From NCBI GenBank assembly GCA_951812955.1, contig OX638340.1, positions 1,344,001 through 1,408,000 of the forward strand: 64,000 nt of DNA. The letters are read 5' to 3'. The DNA is from an uncultured Gemmatimonadota bacterium (lineage in GTDB: Bacteria > JAAXHH01). Positions within the stretch are counted from its first letter, which is position 1. Every line of letters begins with the position of its first letter. The translations under genes were made by a program, and so were the position numbers. A model generated the notes under the pieces. That model had not been told where the DNA came from, made no database searches, and saw only the letters and a list, made by a program, of their open reading frames with translations. Below, piece after piece: positions 8,391 through 21,340 of this stretch.

Positions 8391-8588
8391 ATGAATGTCA
8401 GTAAAGAAGAAAACACCAGACTCACTCCTTCGACAGTCAAACTCAAGCGGTTAATAGGGACCTCGCCTGCTCCTCGAATGTTGACGCCATACGAAATCAA
8501 GTTGCTGCGGCAAGCCGCGAAGGAAGTGGCCGAAGTTACGGAAGAAGTCCTCGCTGAGAAAGACAGTAGTAAGGAAGAAGGATGCTGA
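8391..8588 (+). CDS. small hypothetical protein (65 aa) overlapping the cas3 start
   Basis: ORF with about 48% GC, helical Lys/Glu-rich C-terminus. Its stop overlaps the cas3 ATG by 7 nt, suggesting translational coupling. No recognisable motif. Confidence 0.3.
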   Translation: MNVSKEENTRLTPSTVKLKRLIGTSPAPRMLTPYEIKLLRQAAKEVAEVTEEVLAEKDSSKEEGC

Positions 8589-11045
8589 CCTTCGAGCGGT
8601 TTTTCTCCACAGCGTTCGGTAAAGACGTTTGTCCTTTCGCCTATCAACAGGCTCTCGCAAAGCAGGCCTGGCCAGACGCGCTCATTGCTCCGACCGGCCT
8701 TGGCAAGACCGCCGCGGTGGTGCTTGGTTGGGCCTGGAAACACGCCGTAGTCGAATCTCCAACTCCACGTCGCCTCGTTTATTGCCTGCCTATGCGCACG
8801 CTCGTCGAGCAAACCGAGCGGAATGTCAGAGAATGGCTGCGTGAACTGGGCAAAGCAAATACGGACTGGAAATCACGCCTTCCGGACCCTGAAGCCGGAG
8901 TCCATGTCCTCATGGGCGGCATGGATGAGCCGCGCTGGTTTGAAACACCTGAACGACCGGCCATCCTGATCGGAACTCAAGATATGCTGATCAGCCGCGC
9001 CCTGATGCGGGGGTACGCCATGAGCCGCTTCCGCTGGCCAGTGGACTTCGCCTTGTTGCACAACGACGCGCAGTGGGTTTTTGACGAAGTGCAATTGATG
9101 GGAGCAGGCCTGGCGACCTCTACACAACTCGAAGGTTTTCGTCGTACGTTCGGAACGGAGATCCCTTCGTGCAGTCTCTGGGTGTCAGCGACCCTTCACC
9201 CGGACTGGCTACATACGGTTGATTTCCAGCAACGTCCTACGGTGTGGCGTGTTCCATGTGATTTCCCCGACGATATACATTCATCGCAAGTCCTCAAACT
9301 GATTAACGCGTGTAAGCCAATTCAGCCGTCGTCCGTCGCGCCGATGAGTGCCAAGAAGGCCGATCTGAACGCATACGCGACAGCGTTGGCGAAGGAAACC
9401 CGGAGTCTGCACCAAGAAAACAATACGACGCTTGTGGTACTCAATACAGTCGCCCGCGCCCAAGCCGTGCATAAAGCACTTCAGAAGATGGATGTTGCGC
9501 CTGCTTGCCTTGCTCTCATCCACTCGCGGTTTCGGCCTAAAGATCGCACCCGGCAGATGGACAAGTTGCCGCAAACCGGGGAAACAAAAAAACTGATCGT
9601 AGTCGCGACGCAGGCGATTGAAGCAGGTATCGATCTATCAGCGGCGGTCCTGCTCACCGAACTCGCGCCTCCTTCGTCCCTTACCCAGCGGTTCGGTCGG
9701 GTAAATCGCTACGGTGAGTTGAACGATTCCGGTGGCGGGACGGTCCGCTGGATAGATATCATCGGAGGCGACCTCGGTGATTCGTTGGCGGCTCCGTATG
9801 AGATTAACGAACTCAAAATCGGGCGCGAGCGGATTGCCGCGTTAAAGGACGCTCGGCCCTCTAATCTCGTGCCGCCCGCATCAGACGACTGCGCCTATCG
9901 GGGTGTGATACGATCCAGGGATATGCTGGACCTATACGACACCGATCCGGATTTGACCGGCTTTGATGTCGATATCGCTCCTTACGTCCGCGATGCTGAA
10001 GATACCGATATTCGAGTTTTCTGGCGCGATTTCGACGTGCAGTCTGGACCAGAGGACCAGACTGCACCCATGCGGGACGAGCTTTGTGCGGTTCCGATTG
10101 GGCGCGCGCGTAACTGGCTTAGGGATGTCAGAAAGAAGGAAGGGCAGCGGGTATTTCGCATAGACCCGCAGGCACGAGCTAATGGGAAGGGTAGCGTTCC
10201 GACTTGGACCGCGTTCCGAGAGGAACCGTGGCCGGGTTTGGTGTTGATGGTTCATGCGAGTGCTGGGGGTTATGCACCGGACACGGGGTTTGATCAGGGT
10301 CTAAAAACAGCAGTCGAGCCTGTGAAGCTAGGAGAGGAACAGCAGACGGCAGACGAGTCGAACGACGGCGATTCCGACAGCGAGCAGAGCAGGTGCGTGG
10401 AACTGACGGATCATCTGGACCACGTGGCTTTTGAAGCCAGATACCTATGCGATGGCCTCGACGTTTGTGAAGCTTGGAAAGCCACAATCCTCCAGGCAGC
10501 GTACTGGCACGACCTCGGTAAAGCACACCCTGAGTTTCAGGCGCGAATGGTTGCAAGTAACACGGAGGCCGACCCACCACCAGAAGGGTTGCTAGCCAAG
10601 GCTCCGAAGTACGACCGCACGAAAGGACGTGCATATTTCCGGCACGAACTTGCGTCTGCACTAGCATTTCTCACACAAGCAGGCTGGGTACGCAAGGCCG
10701 ATCTTGTTGCGTACCTGATAGCCGCCCATCACGGCAAGGTACGCCTGAACTTGCGTCCCCTACCAGCCGAAAGTCGGGTAATGGGGGAGGATGGACGGCG
10801 TTTTGCTCGCGGCGTGTGGGAGGGAGACGAGATACCGTTGGTTAGTTTGGGCAATGGGGAAACATGGACAGGGGGGCCACTCGCACTATCCGTGATGGAG
10901 TTAGGCGAGCATCCGGAAACTGGGGCAAGTTGGACCGAGCGTACGCGAAATTTGCTTTCCCAGTACGGTCCTTTTCAGCTCGCTTGGTTGGAGGCACTTG
11001 TACGTATCGCCGACTGGCGGGCATCAGCAAAAGAAGAACGAGGTC

Positions 11046-11062
<17 letters not shown>
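8582..11062 (+). CDS. cas3: Cas3 helicase-nuclease, type I-G architecture (helicase N-terminal, HD C-terminal)
   Basis: Walker A APTGLGKT near the N-terminus and a DEVQ (DExx-type) box with helicase C-motifs. The HD-nuclease motif AAYWHDLGKAHPEFQ sits at about residue 640, i.e. C-terminal as in I-G/I-U Cas3. Confidence 0.85.
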
Positions 11063-14598
<3,536 letters not shown>

Positions 14599-14605
14599 GT
14601 CTCGA

Positions 14606-16240
14606 ATGTTTGCACTTACTTTCACCTTTCCTTTGGGCCGCTATCACGCAACGCCGTGGGGGCGCCATGTCAACGAAGCCGATGTCGCTTGGCCGCCAGA
14701 GCCTTGGCGCATTCTTCGTGCGCTCGTCGCTACCTACTGGCGCAAAGGCGACCGGGTACGCTGGTCCGAGGACACACTCGCCCGTCTAGTAGACGCGCTA
14801 GCCCAGGATGCGCCGATCTATCACTTGCCCCCAGGCGTGATCCACGCACATACCCGGCATTACATGCCCACACCTAAAATGACGCTCGTCTTCGACGCCT
14901 TTGCCCACTTGTCTAAAGACGAACAGATCGTAGCGGCTTGGCCAGAACTCGAATTGGACGTCGAACTATTTGATTTGGCGGCTGATCTCGCAGAGGGGCT
15001 CGGCTACCTGGGGCGTGCCGAGAGTTGGGTTGAATGCGGAACGATAACCGACTGGAACCAAGATGTGGCAAACTGCCATCCTGTGGGCCAAAATGGGACC
15101 GCCCACGGGGAGATAGTGCGAGTGCTCACACCGCTCAGTGCTCAGGATTATATGGTGGAGCGTACGCGCCTGTTGGAGGAAGTTGACGATGCAGAGCGAG
15201 ACCGCACCGCTGCTTCCGGCAAGAGACCTCCTACCCCCAGAGCCCTTGAAAGGGCACGCAACAAAGCGTTCGGGCCGACCCTTCCTGATCGTCTGGTCGA
15301 AGCCTTGATGCTCGATACGGCCGATTACCAAAAATACCGTTGGAACCGACCGCCAGCCTCACGTGAGATTGTTTATACACGTCCGCCTCTGTCCCCTGTT
15401 CCTCGCCGTGCCCGGATTCGTGCAACAGTTGATGACCGCAGACAATTCACCGTAGCGCGCTTTCTTTTGGCCGGCCGTCCCCGACCTCGTATTGAGGATG
15501 CGGTCAAGATCGGTGAACTCATGCGGCTTGCCGCGCTTTCCAAGTTTGGTTGGGAGGACAAGAGACCCAGAGCACCGTCGGTGATATCAGGCCGGGGTTC
15601 TGATGGCCGACCATTACGCAACGGCCAGCATTCGCATGCGTTTTGGTTGCCCGAGGACGCCGATGGCGATGGCTGGATTGACCATATAACGGTTTACGCA
15701 GAGGAAGGTTTCGATGTTTCAGTGCGCGAGAAGCTGGATCGACTGACCCGTTTGTGGGTCGGTGGAGACGATTCCGGTGGAGAGGAAGGAGATAAAGAGA
15801 CCGGTCGCCAAGAGTGGCGACTGGCCTTGGAGGGCTTTGGCCGCCCGGAGGACTTTGCGGACACATCAAGGCTATTTAGCTGTTCAGATGAATGGGAAAG
15901 TGTAACACCTTTTTTGGCGTCTGGTCACTTAAAAAAGGCCGGGTATGAAGGCGAGATACATCGGCTTTGGAAGCGCAGACGAGTCACATCTGGTTCGCAT
16001 ACTGAGCCTGTACAGGTCGAAATCTTGCGCCACATCGAGATTCACGGTACTCTCCGTAGAGCAGTGCATTTTCATCGATTCCGTTCACGGGGACGAGAGA
16101 AGCAACCCGACGCGCAAGGGGCCTTGCTGCGCCTGAGTTTTAACGAGCCAGTTACAGGACCCTTAGCTCTTGGATATGCCTGCCATTTTGGTCTTGGAAT
16201 GTTCGCACGCCCAATCCTAGACGCAAAATCGGAACAATGA
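14606..16240 (+). CDS. cas5: Cas5-Cas6 fusion (Csb2/Cas5u-Cas6u family)
   Basis: 544 aa starting MFALTFTFPLGRYHATPW, the Cas5-like N-terminus of Csb2-family proteins. C-terminal half Gly-rich. Correct position for the I-G order. Confidence 0.65.
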   Translation: MFALTFTFPLGRYHATPWGRHVNEADVAWPPEPWRILRALVATYWRKGDRVRWSEDTLARLVDALAQDAPIYHLPPGVIHAHTRHYMPTPKMTLVFDAFAHLSKDEQIVAAWPELELDVELFDLAADLAEGLGYLGRAESWVECGTITDWNQDVANCHPVGQNGTAHGEIVRVLTPLSAQDYMVERTRLLEEVDDAERDRTAASGKRPPTPRALERARNKAFGPTLPDRLVEALMLDTADYQKYRWNRPPASREIVYTRPPLSPVPRRARIRATVDDRRQFTVARFLLAGRPRPRIEDAVKIGELMRLAALSKFGWEDKRPRAPSVISGRGSDGRPLRNGQHSHAFWLPEDADGDGWIDHITVYAEEGFDVSVREKLDRLTRLWVGGDDSGGEEGDKETGRQEWRLALEGFGRPEDFADTSRLFSCSDEWESVTPFLASGHLKKAGYEGEIHRLWKRRRVTSGSHTEPVQVEILRHIEIHGTLRRAVHFHRFRSRGREKQPDAQGALLRLSFNEPVTGPLALGYACHFGLGMFARPILDAKSEQ

Positions 16241-16444
16241 AACGCAGCATTTACAATGACACCTCAGTCATTGGAGTTTGTTATAGAGTTGTTTCAAGGA
16301 AGCTATAACTGTCGATCGATTCTTACATAATCTCGATGTTGTTCATACAGCCTTAAGTCGAGACGTATCCCTGGACCCACGACAGCTAAAACGTACGAAC
16401 ATTTTGCAGAACGAGTAGCCGCGAATACTTCAGCGACTCACCAC

Positions 16445-18157
16445 ATGAACCACATCCACCAACTCACGCTACCAATACCTCCGCCCCCAGTCGACGCGAA
16501 TACGCCATTGGTCCCAGCGCGCATGGTCAACGAATGGGTCTATTGCCCGCGACTGGCCTACCTGGAATGGGTTGAAGGAGAGTGGGCGGAGACGGGAGAC
16601 ACCGCCGAGGGACGGCGTACACACGTAAGGGTCGACGAAGGTGGCGGCCGTCTGCCCGGACCGGAAGAACTGGATGATGAGATGGCCCGCGCCCGGTCCG
16701 TCACGCTTTCGTCGGATCGTCTCGGCGTAATCGCCAAGATAGACGTCGTGGAAGCCGAAGAAGGAATCGTCACGCCCGTGGATTTCAAGAAAGGCAAGCG
16801 TCCCCATGTCGCCACTGGCGCCTACGAGCCCGAACGCGTCCAGATCTGCACGCAGGCCATGATCCTGGAGGACAATGGTTACAGAGTGGAGCGCGGTATG
16901 CTCTGGTACGCCGGGTCGCGTGAGCGCGTCCCGGTGATGCTTGACGATGAACTTCGATCCCTGACCCTGGCGGCAATCAGAGAATTGCGCGTCGCCGCGG
17001 CTGATGGCCGTCGGCCACCGCCTCTGGAAAACAGCCCGAAGTGCCCCCGCTGTGCCCTGGCGGGGATCTGTCTGCCCGACGAAACCAACCTGTTCCGCAA
17101 AGGGACTGCACCACGCCCGCTGAACCCATCGGATGATCCGGCCCTGCCGCTCTACGTACAGGAACCGGGGGCGCGACTGCGAAAGAGCGGTGAGCGCTTG
17201 GTGGTGGAAATCAAGGAAGAATCCGTAGAGGTACCCATAATCGACGTTTCCCAGGTCGCTCTGTTCGGCCCCGTCTCGGTGACCACACCGGCTCTGCACG
17301 CGCTGATGAACGCGGAGATTCCGGTATCGTGGTTTTCCACGGGAGGCTGGTTCCTCGGCCATACAGTAGGAACAGGGCATGGAAACGTGGCCGTTCGCGA
17401 AGCGCAATACCGCGTAGCCTTCGATAAAGGCGCTCGCCTTGCCTTCGCGCGCGATCTCGTGGCGGCTAAGGCGCGTAACGCCCGTACGATGTTGCGTCGC
17501 AACTGGCGCGTCAATATGGACGCGGAAATCAGGGATGAAGCCCTAGTCCGGCTCAGGGGAGTCGTGCGCCGCATCTCCCGCGCCACGGACGAAAGCCAAC
17601 TGCTGGGCCTGGAAGGCGAGGCCGCCGCAGTGTATTTCAACTGCTTCGAGCACATGCTTGCTAAGGATCTGGACGGCGGCGCGACGGGGTTCTCCTTCAC
17701 CAAGCGCAATCGGCGGCCTCCCACGGATCCGGTGAACGCGCTCCTGTCGCTGGCCTACGCTTTGTTGACGCGGGTATTCACTACGACCATCTCGGCGACG
17801 GGGCTCGACCCCTACATGGGCCTCTACCACCATACGCGCCACGGGCGCCCGGCGCTGTCCCTCGATCTAATGGAACCGTTCAGACCTATTGTCGCCGACT
17901 CCTGCGTTATTCAAGCCATCAACAACGGCGAAGTAAAGCTGGCCGATTTCGTGTTCAACGGGGCTGCTTGTTCGCTGAAGCCTGCTGGTCGCAAGTCCTT
18001 CATCGCCGCGTTCGAGCGGCGCATGGAGCAGGAGACCACACATCCGCTTTTCGGCTATCGCGTTTCCATGCGGCGACTTATCGAGGTACAGTCCCGATTG
18101 CTCGCCCGGCATTTTCAGGGAGAGATCGTCTCTTACCCTCATTATCTTCCCCGGTAG
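16445..18157 (+). CDS. cas4: Cas4-Cas1 fusion
   Basis: N-terminal Cas4 RecB-like domain with Cys cluster (YCPRLAYLEW ... CPRCALAGICLP). C-terminal Cas1 (GLDPYMGLYHHTRHGRPALSLDLMEPFRPIVAD). An alternative start at M26 (16520) is possible. Confidence 0.85.
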   Translation: MNHIHQLTLPIPPPPVDANTPLVPARMVNEWVYCPRLAYLEWVEGEWAETGDTAEGRRTHVRVDEGGGRLPGPEELDDEMARARSVTLSSDRLGVIAKIDVVEAEEGIVTPVDFKKGKRPHVATGAYEPERVQICTQAMILEDNGYRVERGMLWYAGSRERVPVMLDDELRSLTLAAIRELRVAAADGRRPPPLENSPKCPRCALAGICLPDETNLFRKGTAPRPLNPSDDPALPLYVQEPGARLRKSGERLVVEIKEESVEVPIIDVSQVALFGPVSVTTPALHALMNAEIPVSWFSTGGWFLGHTVGTGHGNVAVREAQYRVAFDKGARLAFARDLVAAKARNARTMLRRNWRVNMDAEIRDEALVRLRGVVRRISRATDESQLLGLEGEAAAVYFNCFEHMLAKDLDGGATGFSFTKRNRRPPTDPVNALLSLAYALLTRVFTTTISATGLDPYMGLYHHTRHGRPALSLDLMEPFRPIVADSCVIQAINNGEVKLADFVFNGAACSLKPAGRKSFIAAFERRMEQETTHPLFGYRVSMRRLIEVQSRLLARHFQGEIVSYPHYLPR

Positions 18158-18162
18158 CGACT

Positions 18163-18456
18163 ATGGCCAACGAACGTCTCTACATCGTCGCCTACGACAT
18201 ATCCGAGCCAAAGCGATGGCGGCGCGTGTACAAGCTGATGAAAGGCTATGGGCACTGGTTGCAGTTGTCGATTTTCCAGTGCAGGCTCACGGCCCGGCGA
18301 CGCGCGGAAATGACCGCTCGTCTGGAGGAATCGATCGATCTGTCGGAGGACCACATTCTGATCGTGGACATGGGTCCCGCGGACAAAGTGGATCCATTGG
18401 TAGAAAGCCTGGGCAAGGCATATGAAGCGCCGACTCGAAAAGCCACCGTCGTGTAG
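18163..18456 (+). CDS. cas2: Cas2
   Basis: 97 aa MANERLYIVAYDISEPKRWRRVYKLMKGYGHWLQLSIFQC, typical Cas2. Starts 5 nt after the cas4-cas1 stop. The ORF track's longer 17968 start is an out-of-context extension. Confidence 0.85.
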   Translation: MANERLYIVAYDISEPKRWRRVYKLMKGYGHWLQLSIFQCRLTARRRAEMTARLEESIDLSEDHILIVDMGPADKVDPLVESLGKAYEAPTRKATVV

Positions 18457-18665
18457 CCGTGCCTTTGCCGGGTCCTCCGCGAACGCTCCGGTGGAAGGGA
18501 AATGCCGGGCAGCGCTCGCGTCCTGGTATTTGTTTGTTCTGCATGGAGTTACGAGGCATTGTAACTGATTTCGGGGAGGGCGATTTGAATGTCCGTGAGA
18601 TTTTAGCAGCAGTGCTCGCAAAAGGCCTGACAAGCCTAAGTCTGCCAAAGAGTTGCTAAGGAACT
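18457..18665 (+). promoter_or_regulatory. CRISPR leader
   Basis: About 210-bp AT-richer non-coding region between cas2 and the first perfect repeat. Degenerate repeats are at the opposite end of the array. Confidence 0.5.
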
Positions 18666-21271
18666 ATTTCCGGGGCTGCGCAGCCCCGGCCTCATTGAAG
18701 CGCCGCCATATCGATCCGGATAGAAGGTTGTCCGTTCGATTTCCGGGGCTGCGCAGCCCCGGCCTCATTGAAGCACCATATGCCGGCGCGGTGATTGGGT
18801 ATTTGCGGCACGATTTCCGGGGCTGCGCAGCCCCGGCCTCATTGAAGCATCCGTCATCATAAAACCCCCGTAAATGGCCATAGGGATTTCCGGGGCTGCG
18901 CAGCCCCGGCCTCATTGAAGCCGTCGTCGCGATGGCGGTGTTCGGTGGCAACCTGTGATTTCCGGGGCTGCGCAGCCCCGGCCTCATTGAAGCCACCAGA
19001 ATACCCATGCGGCCGATAACGAGGTGCTGCTTATTTCCGGGGCTGCGCAGCCCCGGCCTCATTGAAGCCGATCCTTCCGCGAAGTGTCCGGCCTGCACCG
19101 CTCCATTTCCGGGGCTGCGCAGCCCCGGCCTCATTGAAGCATGAGTTGACGCTCCGAGATACCCAGCAGCGTCGCGAGATTTCCGGGGCTGCGCAGCCCC
19201 GGCCTCATTGAAGCCGGAAGATGTTGCTCCCCTGGCCGTCGGTGAAGAAGTTATTTCCGGGGCTGCGCAGCCCCGGCCTCATTGAAGCCGGAAGATGTTG
19301 CTCCCCTGGCCGTCGGTGAAGAAGTTATTTCCGGGGCTGCGCAGCCCCGGCCTCATTGAAGCGAGAAGATCTCCCCGGATAACGTGGACGACCCCACCGG
19401 CATTTCCGGGGCTGCGCAGCCCCGGCCTCATTGAAGCCGGTTGGCCTCCGGGTCCGGCTCGGTTTCGTGCGGTTGATTTCCGGGGCTGCGCAGCCCCGGC
19501 CTCATTGAAGCTTGGAAGCCATGATGGCCTTGGTGCCCAGGGCGAGCGCCATTTCCGGGGCTGCGCAGCCCCGGCCTCATTGAAGCTAGGCCTCCTCGCT
19601 GGCGAATCCCATCTTGTACCACTATTTCCGGGGCTGCGCAGCCCCGGCCTCATTGAAGCTCGTACACGTGGGCGGTGGTCAGCACCACCTTGGAACCGGA
19701 TTTCCGGGGCTGCGCAGCCCCGGCCTCATTGAAGCGTCGGTTTCGTCCTCGGTGTCGCGGTGACGACGCTCTATTTCCGGGGCTGCGCAGCCCCGGCCTC
19801 ATTGAAGCATCAAACACACCCTTCAAGCGTAAACATAGGCCCTGGATTTCCGGGGCTGCGCAGCCCCGGCCTCATTGAAGCCCATCAGTGTGGTCGACTG
19901 CTGCCTGCGTGTGCTGGAGAAATTTCCGGGGCTGCGCAGCCCCGGCCTCATTGAAGCCCATCAGTGTGGTCGACTGCTGCCTGCGTGTGCTGGAGAAATT
20001 TCCGGGGCTGCGCAGCCCCGGCCTCATTGAAGCATGCACATCTCGAAGTCACAGGACCAGACACAGGTGACGATTTCCGGGGCTGCGCAGCCCCGGCCTC
20101 ATTGAAGCCACGGAAGGCAGCCAGGGTCGCACCGCTGGCACCCAGATTTCCGGGGCTGCGCAGCCCCGGCCTCATTGAAGCCAAGCAATCGAACGCAAGC
20201 ACAAGCGGACGCTCGACCATTTCCGGGGCTGCGCAGCCCCGGCCTCATTGAAGCTAAGGGTATTGTCCAGGACGATGACCTGAATGAATATATTTCCGGG
20301 GCTGCGCAGCCCCGGCCTCATTGAAGCCTGTGCAAAACGCGCGGTACTTGAAATTGGCCCGTGTCATTTCCGGGGCTGCGCAGCCCCGGCCTCATTGAAG
20401 CGTGATTGATCAATTTCGAGATTAACCGTTATTTCCTCCATTTCCGGGGCTGCGCAGCCCCGGCCTCATTGAAGCAGGAACACGTGGAAGAGGTAGGAGC
20501 AGACGCGAAACCATTTCCGGGGCTGCGCAGCCCCGGCCTCATTGAAGCGAAGCTCCTGTTGAGTCTGTGAACGACTGGACGGGTTAATTTCCGGGGCTGC
20601 GCAGCCCCGGCCTCATTGAAGCGATGCAATCAGAAACCTCCTTCATCGTCGCATCCTGATATTTCCGGGGCTGCGCAGCCCCGGCCTCATTGAAGCGATT
20701 CATCGTTGGCGTTGTCGTCCACCTCCTCGGCGAGGTATTTCCGGGGCTGCGCAGCCCCGGCCTCATTGAAGCCAAGTTGACAGACATAGGAATCCAGCCT
20801 TACGCGTCCACATTTCCGGGGCTGCGCAGCCCCGGCCTCATTGAAGCTCTGAAAAAGACCTGTTGCTCCACCCCATCGAGGACGTATTTCCGGGGCTGCG
20901 CAGCCCCGGCCTCATTGAAGCGCCTTGTCGCGGATAGCCCTTGCCTGCTCCTCCAAAGCCATTTCCGGGGCTGCGCAGCCCCGGCCTCATTGAAGCCTCC
21001 AACACCAGCAACAGCACGGCAGGGTCCCTGGGCATTTCCGGGCTGCGCAGCCCCGGCCTCATTGAAGCGAATCTCCCTCCAGCGGGTTGCAGTCCTTCAG
21101 GTCCTGGGTTTCCGGGGCCGCACGGCCCCGGCCTCATTGAAGCGAGATCCCCCCGGACCCTGGTAAGGCGTCGGCGGGCAGTGTTTCCGGGGCCGCTCGG
21201 CCCCGGCCTCATTGAAGCTCGGATCCTAACTACGACCTGTTCATTATCAATTGCGTTTCCGGGCTGCGCGG
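18666..21271 (+). CRISPR. CRISPR array: 35 repeats of 36 bp (ATTTCCGGGGCTGCGCAGCCCCGGCCTCATTGAAGC) plus a partial terminal repeat; 34 spacers of 36-40 bp
   Basis: Repeats start at 18666, 18739, 18813 ... 21183 with 73-76 bp periodicity. The repeat contains the palindrome GGGGCTGCGCAGCCCC and the ATTGAAGC 3' handle typical of I-C/I-G-like repeats. Distal repeats 33-35 are mutated (GGGCTGCG, GCCGCACGGC, GCCGCTCGGC), with a repeat fragment at 21255-21271. Confidence 0.95.
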
Positions 21272-21340
21272 CGAGGATCGTGGGCCCTGATCCAGGGCTT
21301 TTAGACGTTTCGTTTCCAGACAGACTGATTTCAACGTATA

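Noticed and set aside
18666-21271. Self-targeting spacers or matches of spacers to the Gabija island or other genes in this window
   Set aside because: I could not find any spacer identical to another part of the window by eye. A proper search is needed, so no claim is made.
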